A stretch of DNA of 17,025 bases. It comes from Azolla caroliniana (taxonomy: Eukaryota; Plantae; Polypodiophyta). Location of the stretch: positions 1-17,025 of the forward strand of contig JBHGNT010000711.1 of the NCBI GenBank assembly GCA_043228905.1, written 5' to 3'. Of this stretch, positions 6,215 through 14,720 are shown piece after piece (position 1 is the stretch's first letter; the number at the start of each line of letters is the position of its first letter). The notes under the pieces are model-generated. The model had not been told where the DNA came from and did not search any database. It saw only the letters and a list, made by a program, of their open reading frames with translations. The translations under genes were made by a program, and so were the position numbers.

Positions 6215-9200
6215 GTAAGAAGAAAAATATGCTCTAATTGCAAAACCTTTTTTTTTTCTTTTACTTTCTCTCAATAGATCCGGAGGTCACTGTTTCTTTA
6301 ATGTAATTTGTTTTTGTAGGCATATATTTTAATCTAATCACAAAGAAGCCCTTTCTTTTCAATTGATTAGAACCAAAAATCAATTTTCACTTTTTATATG
6401 TTGATTTTGCTCTAAATAGCAGAAAATAGAACTTTTGATGAGAACTTAGCATTTTCGAAAATATGAATTGGTTTTCTTTCATATATGCTGATTTTGCTCT
6501 AAATCACCTAAAGGCAAAACATGTTTTATTTACCCAATCAATAGTAAGTATTGTCAAACATGAACTGGTTTCATGCATGCAAATGATGCTCTAAGCACAA
6601 AAGCAGCCTTTTGTTTTTCAACTGGCTGAATCTTTATCATTTACTATAAGGACTAGTTTTATGTATATAAATGATGATCTATGTAAGTCACAACCAAATC
6701 TGTTTCTTTTTGGGATTCCAGAGTTTGCATTTTTTTAAAATAAAACGTGTTTAATGAAACTCCATACAAATCGAATATAAGGAAGCTTTTTGAATATGAA
6801 CTGAATTTTATGTGCACAAATTTACAGAATCCTATCTTTCTATAGAAAGAAAGATATATTAACGTCTTTTAAGGGGCCAAAATGGCCTATAAGACCAAAC
6901 AAGAGATTACATCTGAAGAGAAACAGATAAAATTGTTTGAAACTTCTTGTACTAAGAACAACAATCTTCTGATTGCCATTCTTTTCATATTTTAACAGGG
7001 GAAAATGCATTAACCCCATTCTTTGTGTGTCCTGTTCTGTAATGAAAGAATTTTGAAAATTTGCCAATGTCAGAGAGGTTTGAAATAATCTTGGAACAAT
7101 AAATTGCTTCATGTTCGCAGGTTGTGACGAAAATTATGAGGATGGAAGCAGCAGAACCTTTCAATTTCCCCGTGGATCCTGTGGCTCTTGGAATTCCGGT
7201 ATGGAAAAGAATCTAATATAGTGATTAAAATATGAATTTGTGATTAAGTTCAAGGAATGTGACATGGTACTGAAAGTATCAGTGAGGCATAATTATGGGA
7301 TTGAGTATATTAATCCAATACACATTCCAGGTGAAAATATTTTTTTGTTGAAGATGAATTATACTGGAGTTTAACGAATGGGATGTTCTGCCTGAAACAA
7401 CGTTGATGAATAGTTAAGGGATGGATTGCATTAATCCAATAGAGAAGTTCTGGTATGAAATGGATCTCATGTCTATGATTGAAGATGAATAATGGTCAAG
7501 TTTAATAAATGTTGGTAGAAATGCTGGATAATTTGGGAAACATTACGTAAATCTGATGCAAAGGCACACATACTCAGTCTAAGAAATTCCTGTATGAAAG
7601 GAATCTCAATGATTGAGAATTGTGCTCAACGTCAGTGAATGTGATATGGGGCCAAAAAGAATTCCATTGTGAAAGAATTGTAATGTCAATGATTGAGCAT
7701 TGTGTTTACGTTTATTTAATGGGATATGATGCAGGGAGTAGGATTGATGAATGTCAAGGATGAACCTTAATTAAGGGGCACATAAATCTAATTAGATGTA
7801 CACATGTAGTCACACTGATGAATAACATATATTTGAAGTTTAAATTGGCCTTTATTTTGCAGTCTTTGATTATAATTTTTGTGAATATTTTCAGGACTAC
7901 TTTCATGTTGTGAAGAAGCCCATGGATCTAGGTACCATATGTAAAAATCTGGAAAGAGGTACAAAATATCGGAACTCAGGAGACGTGTACAAGGATGTTC
8001 AGCTTGTATGGGAAAATTGCCGCAGCTACAATCAGAAAGGAGATCCTATTCTGGAACTTTTGGCTAGAGTGAAGAAGAATTTTACAAAGTACTGGACAGC
8101 TGCAGGCTTATCCACTGAAAAGTACCAAGGTTTTTATCCCACTGTATGCTTTTGTATTTTGAAATTTGTGGTCTGTTTGTCTTTTGGTGCAAAGAAAATA
8201 CTGTAATTCTAGGGTTGATGAATACTGACTTTATATATGAAAACCTAAATAATTCTTGTAAGTGTACATTATAAGTAGTACAATTGTTATTTATGATGAG
8301 CGGCGTGTATGAATTACAATGTTTGCATGGAGCAAGGGACAATATGAGAGAGAGTGGGACATAGAGCCAGTTATATGGAGGAAAGGTAGAAGAGGACAGA
8401 TGCCTCTATTTGTAGCTATCCCAAGGCCTGACAAAAATTACTCAATGAAGTACTTGAGATTTACCATGCTGAGTATTTTTCGAACACAAATGTTGGAAAT
8501 GCATGAGCAAGACATTGCAAAAAATTATGTGACAGCTACTTTAGAATCAAAGATTAAATTTGGCTGATATTGATTCTGTTCCTAATACTCACTTCAGAAT
8601 GGGAGAGATTGTATCAGTATCACTAGCAATCGGATTGTTTGTCTCCTAATTTCTCCACATATTATTTTATAAAAGATATTAATAACATATCGCCTTCTTA
8701 TTAATTAATAAATGTTAATAAATTGAATCAAAACAATAAACAATAAAAGCAATTAAAAAGTAATAATGAACAGAAAATAATATCAAAACAGAAGAAAATG
8801 CATTCTGATTTCTCCCACAGACCTTGAAGGGAAGCAGTGGTATACCAAGTGAATGGAAGCAGGGTTTCGTCAAATTGTATTGACTAAGGATATAGGAAAG
8901 CATTCCATGGCTGAAAGATATATTACAAGAGGCTATTGAGAAGAATTTTTTCACAATTACAAGGTCCTGATCGGGTATAGGCAGCATTAGGAGTTTATAA
9001 GATGATTTGTTATTACTTTCATTTGTGCTTTTTCTGATAGACTTTTCTATGCTGGCACTAAGAGTCTGTAGGTGCATTGGTCTGGTATAGGCATTAAGAG
9101 AGATGGAAGCATGAGAAAGCTCTTTCATTTCTACTCTGCATTTTGAAGATATTCTTTAGAGTTTCTGCTAAAATTCTTAAAAGTGCAAGCGCTAAATCTC

Positions 9201-10506
9201 TCTATTTACCTAAGTTGTTTCTCCAAATATCATGAAGCTATTTTAATATTGTGCAAAACATGTCACTCTTATGATGCAGAACCTGATGAAGAAGAACAGT
9301 CAGAGTTGGACAGAATTTTAGCAGCTACATTTGGAAAGCATCGGCGAATCGCAGGGTTAGTTACGAAATGAATTTCTAAGTTTTCATGATGGTTGATAAG
9401 TTTATAATTGTAACATAATTAACGAAAGTTTTCATGTTAGCTGAGAAGGTTATCAGTGTTTGTTTAACACAGCAGATCATATGCTGCAGGACAGGGCATC
9501 ATAAAACAGACTGTGCATGCGTTGTATGTGCGGGTGTAAGACGAAAGCTTGCTCGAGATGGAAAACTCAGTGGTCTCGGTACTAAACCAGAAGCTGTTTT
9601 TTACTCAAAAGCAAGAGGATTAAAAGGAGAGGTGCATGAAGATTCAGTTTAGTTTGGAACATGTTTATTTTCCTTACCATTTAGTTTTTAATAAACTAAC
9701 TGGTGCAATCACAACAGCCAAGCATAGATGGGCCAGGAACCGCCGAAGAGGGGAAACTTCATATGGATAAAACTGAAATAGATAGTGAACCTGGAGGAGA
9801 GTTTCCAAATGCTATGTTATATTTCAGGGCTGCCAAAGAAGAAGCATCATCTGACCAGATCATAGGGAGTGAATATGTAAAAGATTTCGACATGGGGTAT
9901 TCTCCAGATGAGGATATGGAGGACATCAGATATGTATGTGAAAATGGTGAATACCTTGCAGATGAGCAGATATATAGAGACGTAGAATCTTCAGAGGTAT
10001 TTGAAAATTTATTTGCTTGCTTTTCTTCCCTCTTAGCAATAATGGTATGGATACTAAGCCTTATATATCAGAAACCCTAAACTGTCGAAAAATTCTTAAT
10101 AATTTTTCCATAGACCAAGAATCAATACCCTAGAAAATTTGTGTCAAATTCTTGATCTTGTTGTTTTTTGTGGCATAAACTCTAAACCATATGAAACAAA
10201 TTCATAAGTTTGTTGATTTTTGTGTCATATACCATAATAGACCCTAAACCTGAAATCTTAAAACCCTAAATCACATGTCTGTTATTAACTTTTTGTTGGT
10301 TTTTGTGTCAGGGGGGTGTTAGATATTACCGTGCAAGTTATGAAATGCCGCTTCGCACCATTCATCCTTCTGTACTCCACCTGAGTCAAAGACTATTTGG
10401 AGCTAGCTCTCTTTGGAATGCTGGATACCATTCGAAAAGCTCTTTAGAGAATCCTATTCTCAAAACTGTCTCTGTTCTCTTGAGAACCAAGGGTGCTGGG
10501 TGCTGA
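5603..10506 (+). CDS. Bromodomain-containing protein, AT1G58025/BRD5-like (~538 aa); join(5603..6214,7121..7198,7895..8129,9280..9355,9490..9631,9718..9996,10312..10506)
   Basis: All six introns are GT-AG with consistent phases (0,0,1,2,0,0); 1617 nt in total. The bromodomain is split over exons 1-3: [48 protein letters not shown]...DVQLVWENCRSYNQKGD. Also an HHKTDCACVVC motif and a family-like C-terminal exon. The subfamily is recalled, not searched. Confidence 0.85.
6844..6868 (-). repeat. Dispersed 25-bp repeat, copy 2 (inverted), in bromodomain intron 1
   Basis: Exact reverse complement of 4909-4933. Confidence 0.8.
7121..7198 (+). CDS. Bromodomain gene exon 2 ([26 protein letters not shown])
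   Basis: ttcgcag|GTT ... CCG|gtatgg; encodes helix Z and the ZA loop. Confidence 0.92.
7895..8129 (+). CDS. Bromodomain gene exon 3 ([15 protein letters not shown]...CRSYN...)
   Basis: ttttcag|GAC ... CAAG|gttttt; includes the conserved acetyl-lysine-binding Asn (YN). Confidence 0.92.
9280..9355 (+). CDS. Bromodomain gene exon 4
   Basis: atgcag|AA ... GG|gttagt; phases match exons 3 and 5. Confidence 0.75.
9490..9631 (+). CDS. Bromodomain gene exon 5 (HHKTDCACVVC motif)
   Basis: ctgcag|G ... GAG|gtgcat; phase-consistent. Confidence 0.8.
9718..9996 (+). CDS. Bromodomain gene exon 6 (acidic)
   Basis: Branch point CTAAC at 9696-9700; caacag|CCA ... GAG|gtattt. Confidence 0.78.
10312..10506 (+). 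CDS. Bromodomain gene exon 7 (terminal)
   Basis: ttttgtgtcag|GGG ... TGA; encodes HPSVLHLSQRLFGASSLWNAGYHS. Confidence 0.78.
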   Translation, partial: GGVRYYRASYEMPLRTIHPSVLHLSQRLFGASSLWNAGYHSKSSLENPILKTVSVLLRTKGAGC

Positions 10507-11635
10507 TCAATTGATTGTGTATGTTATATTGTCACAGAATTGTGTGAAATTAGTCTCTCAAAAAACCATGCAAATTCTGTGGATCATGGTCTAGATGGGT
10601 TTGCTTTGAATGCAGAGTGTAAAGATATCCAGTTCTCATTCAGATTCACCCAATTGGATTTCTGCAGTAGTTTGACATCTCTATGCTACAAATTCTTTGA
10701 GGGTGTGCTTCATGTCAGAGTGTCCCTTCTTTTTTGAAATATATGATGAATGAGGATAAGTAACCTCCCACCTTTTTGTACAGAACCAACCTATCCTTTC
10801 TTTTCTCAAGATAATGTTCCATTGTCTCGGCACACTTATTATAACATAGTCATGAATGATATGCAATATATGCATCTTCATAGAATGATTTTGTGTCATT
10901 TCCCCACACCATATCTCTCTATTTGTGTCCATTACAAATTTTCTGCGTAGCTATATCTTGTTGGTATATGATTGGGACAAGTGTTTTGAGGTAACCATAT
11001 TGAGGAGAAGTACTTGATCTTGCACCGAGGAACAGATTCGAAAAAAACTGTTCAGCTGTGTTCCAACTTCCAAGGGAGGAAGTTTGTAAAATGTTTGTAA
11101 CACGTTCGAAAAAGCTGTAAGCTACTATTGACTAGGGTTTTCGGCTTGATTATGACACATTTTTCCTTGTGGCCACGAACATATTTCTCCTTGTAGGGAA
11201 AAGTTTATTGAATCAAATGATGAAAGAATTTAACCTGGTATCGCAAATTTCTTACAGCTACCTATGGTTTTGTTTGGGTGCCAAAATGTCAAATGGCTTA
11301 GTTCTTATAATTGGTGAGAAAACCTGCGACAATTGCTTCACGTTGTATGATAATGATTGAATAACGGAAAGTGGATGATGATTGAACCTTATGATGTTAC
11401 TAAGGAAATGCCTACAATTCGATTTAATCAACGATCTCAGTAAATTTCTACTACAATGAAGTGAAATCATTCAGCATAATGAGAAGATTGTGTGTGCTCT
11501 GGAAAAAAAAGAAAAAGAAATGTCACACACCATGCAAAGCAGTTTGTGGGGAACCTATACATTACATAAATCATAAATGCAAGTAATTCAGTTTGTCTCC
11601 ATTTTCAAACAATTAGGTCAAGAGCTGGCAATGGG

Positions 11636-11690
11636 GCCACGTGGCGGTGACGAGGCGTCGACGTGGCGGTGACGTGGCGGTGACGTGTTG
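11636..11690 (+). promoter_or_regulatory. G-box/ABRE array: 11-bp tandem repeat ACGTGGCGGTG (~4.5 copies)
   Basis: Palindromic GCCACGTGGC at 11636-11645. ACGTGGC at 11639, 11661 and 11672; degenerate unit at 11650; ACGTG at 11683. Confidence 0.8.
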
Positions 11691-11692
11691 TC

Positions 11693-11707
11693 CTTCTAGA
11701 AAGTTCG
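11693..11707 (+). promoter_or_regulatory. Perfect heat-shock element (nTTCn nGAAn nTTCn)
   Basis: cTTCt aGAAa gTTCg, ~135 bp upstream of an Hsp40 ATG. Confidence 0.85.
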
Positions 11708-11717
11708 GTTTTTTCTG

Positions 11718-11743
11718 CTTCTTCTTCTTCTTCTTCTTTCTTC
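11718..11743 (+). repeat. (CTT)n microsatellite / pyrimidine patch in the 5' leader
   Basis: Directly visible. Confidence 0.8.
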
Positions 11744-11840
11744 ACGAGACTGTCACTCTTTTCTCTCTTCTTTGTCTCCATTTTCTCTGTCTGTTTCTCG
11801 TTCGTGATTCTCCTGCGTTCCTGCCTGTCTGTGCCTGGCC

Positions 11841-12005
11841 ATGGGAGTAGACTACTACAGAGTTCTGAAGGTCGACAAGTCTGCGAGCGATGACGACCTG
11901 AAGAAGGCGTACCGGAAGCTCGCCATGAAATGGCACCCTGACAAGAACCCTAACAACAAGAAAGAAGCCGAAGCTAAATTCAAACAAATCTCTGAAGCTT
12001 ACGAG
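11841..12005 (+). CDS. dnaJ: DnaJ exon 1 (J-domain with HPD)
   Basis: ATG 11841; GAG|gtaagt. Confidence 0.95.
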
Positions 12006-14720
12006 GTAAGTTTTCCTTCTTCCACATTCGATTCTCTCTCTCTCTCTCTCTCTGTCAGCTTATTTGTTGCTTCTTCTATTTTTCCCGCCTTTTTATGCTT
12101 CTTCTGTGTTTATCAAGCCTTAAAGATATGCCGGTTCTCTTCGTTTTCTTCTTATTGTTTTGCTCCATGCTGTTAAGTTTTTCTCGCTTTGTTTCATGCC
12201 GTTTCTGTGTTTTAACGTTTCGTTTAGAGTTTTGTTTTGCCATTTTTGATAGCCTGTATTTTCTTCATTTTGTAATTGGTTTATAACCGTGGGGAAGGTT
12301 TCCATAGAAATGGAAGTTTTGATTTCCTTACTGATAAATATGGTGTAGTGCATTGAAAGGAATCTCTAATTTTCGGTGTTTTCTTCATCTTTTTCTTCTT
12401 TTCTCGAAAATTGCGGCAATTTTTGGCTATTTGAAGTTTCTGTTTGGATGTAGGTACCTCGAATCTTTGATAATCGAAGAGAAGTAGGATGTTTCGTATT
12501 GAAAGGAAGCTTAAGGTTTTCTTACCATCTCAATTCGTTTTTCTTTTGAAGATTTTTGCTTACTAGACTTTTAGTTTAACCTGGTTTTGTAGATTTTCTT
12601 AATCCTCTTTCTTTCTCCATGTTTTTTCTTTATTGGTGTTTTCCCCTTTATAAGCCTTTTTAAGCTTTACTGGCTTTTGCATGAAATGTTTTCTGTGTTG
12701 GCTCTTAAGTTGGGATTTCATAAATGTTTTATAGCTATCTTATATTCTTAATTTTGGCCATAGTTGTTTATATTTAGAGATTAGACTTCAGGTGTTTTTG
12801 CATATGGGGATGCGATATTTCACTGGCGTTTCTCTGTTTCTTATTTTTTCTTTGTTTTTAACGTTTCTTTTCTGTTTATCTTATTTATTTGATTTCGTGT
12901 GTAGTCTATCGCTGATTGGATTGTGATGAGAATGCAACACCACTTTTCTGGAAGTTTGCTATTATAGTAGTCCCTATATTTTTCATCATTCGATGGTTTT
13001 GTCTTTTGGTTTACATGCTATCTTTTTTCTCCTTTGGAATATAGTATTATATCGCTAGAGTCTGGATTGTGCATATAATTTGAAGCAGGTTGGAATTCTG
13101 GATGATTTCAGGTGCTGAGTGATCCCCAGAAACGAACCGTGTATGATCAATTTGGTGAAGAAGGATTGAAAGGGCAAGTTCCACCAGAGGCATCTGGACA
13201 AACCTTTGCCAATGGAGGAAATACATATAGGTTTAACCCTAGGAATGCAGAGGATATCTTTGCAGAGTTCTTTGGAGAGTCGAGCCCATTTGCAGGGATG
13301 GCTGGGATGGGGAACAAAGGAGGTCGATCTAACAACCCTTTTGGAGATAGTATGTTTGGTGGTTTTGGAGGTGAATCAGTGTTTCGATCCTTCAATGATG
13401 CCTCTGGAGGTGGGCCTTCTTCTGGACCTCGGAAAGCACCCCCTGTGGAGAATAAGCTTCATTGCACCTTGGAAGAGATATACAGTGGATCGACAAGAAA
13501 GATGAAGATATCAAGAAATGTTGTCGATGCATCTGGGTATGTGTTTCACATTGTTTTTTGTATGTTTCATATTATTCTGTTGTTAATTTGTTTGTTAAAA
13601 TTTTGGCATGCGACTCATTAGCTTGTTAATATTGTCATGAGATTTATGAGCTTGTTGTTAATGTGCTTGTTCTTTACTTGTTAAATGTGTGGTACTATTG
13701 TGTTGTTTATGTGTTCTTGTACATATGGTGGTGAGATTTTACATCCTTGTGTGTATGCTTGTTCAATAATGATCTTATGATCATTTATTTGTTTATAAAC
13801 TTATTGATTATCTGCTGCTTGTTTACACATTGCTTGATTTTTCTTGCTACTTTTCGCATTCATATTATGCTTCCAGCAAGATTGGAATTGATCATTTTAT
13901 GCATTCATATTATGCTTCCAGCAAGATTGGAGTTGATCATTTTATGCATTCATATTATGCTTCCAGCAAGATTGGAGTTGATCATTTTATGCATTCATAT
14001 TATGCTTCCTTATGATCGTGTATAGTTTCAGAAAAGTTGATAACTTTTTTATGTTCTTGTGCATATATCTGTGTTTTATGGGATTGTTACTCTGTTTAGA
14101 AGCTTGCTGCTTTATGTACTTGTTCTTATGCATATTTATATTTTTGTTCATATGCCTGTAAATTACAAGCTTGCTACGATTGTTATGTTTGTGATTGCAT
14201 TCACTTTATTGAATATGTGGTGGTTATTATATTTTTGTTCATGAATTTGTTGTTTATGAGTTGATTTTATACATGCAGCAAGATTGTGCCAGTTGAGGAA
14301 ATTCTCGCCATTGAAGTGAAGCCTGGGTGGAAGAAAGGCACAAAAATCACTTTTCCAGAGAAAGGAAATGGTCAACCAAATGTAGTCCCTGCAGATCTGG
14401 TCTTTATTATAGACGAAAAACCTCATGATATGTTTAAACGAGATGGAAATGATCTTATCTATACCAGTAAGATCACTCTAGTGGATGCATTAACTGGTTG
14501 TACTGTGACTATCCAGACGCTTGATGGGAGGACATTGACTATCAGTTGTAATGAAATTATAACTCCGGGCTATGAGAAGATCGTGCTCAAGGAAGGGATG
14601 CCTATCGCAAAGGAACCAGGAAAGAGAGGTAATCTTAGAATCAAATTTGACATCAAGTTTCCTTCAAGATTGTCGCCAGAGCAAAAGGCAGGTGTGAAGA
14701 GGTTGTTAGGAGGGGGTTAA
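11841..14720 (+). CDS. dnaJ: Class II J-domain protein (DnaJ/Hsp40, DNAJB1/4/Sis1-like), 343 aa; join(11841..12005,13112..13536,14279..14720)
   Basis: J-domain MGVDYY...KWHPDKNP...[14 protein letters not shown]-rich linker with DIFAEFFG, no zinc finger, C-terminal domains ([12 protein letters not shown]...[12 protein letters not shown]). GT-AG introns in phases 0 and 2; 1032 nt. Confidence 0.96.
12033..12052 (+). repeat. (TC)n microsatellite in DnaJ intron 1
   Basis: Directly visible. Confidence 0.85.
13112..13536 (+). CDS. dnaJ: DnaJ exon 2 (end of J-domain, G/F region, start of CTD-I)
   Basis: tttcag|GTG ... TCT GG|gtatgt. Confidence 0.95.
13856..14009 (+). repeat. 45-bp tandem repeat, 3.4 copies, in DnaJ intron 2
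   Basis: Unit GCATTCATATTATGCTTCCAGCAAGATTGGARTTGATCATTTTAT at 13856, 13901 and 13946, partial at 13991; one mismatch among the full copies. Confidence 0.95.
14279..14720 (+). CDS. dnaJ: DnaJ exon 3 (C-terminal substrate-binding and dimerisation domains)
   Basis: atgcag|C AAG ATT GTG ... TAA at 14718-14720. Confidence 0.95.

Noticed and set aside
8319-9128. Intron 3 ORFs and a good-looking acceptor ttctcccacag at 8820
   Set aside because: No recognisable protein. The acceptor leads to a stop after 10 codons, no frame-preserving donor was found, and exons 3 and 4 already join in phase.
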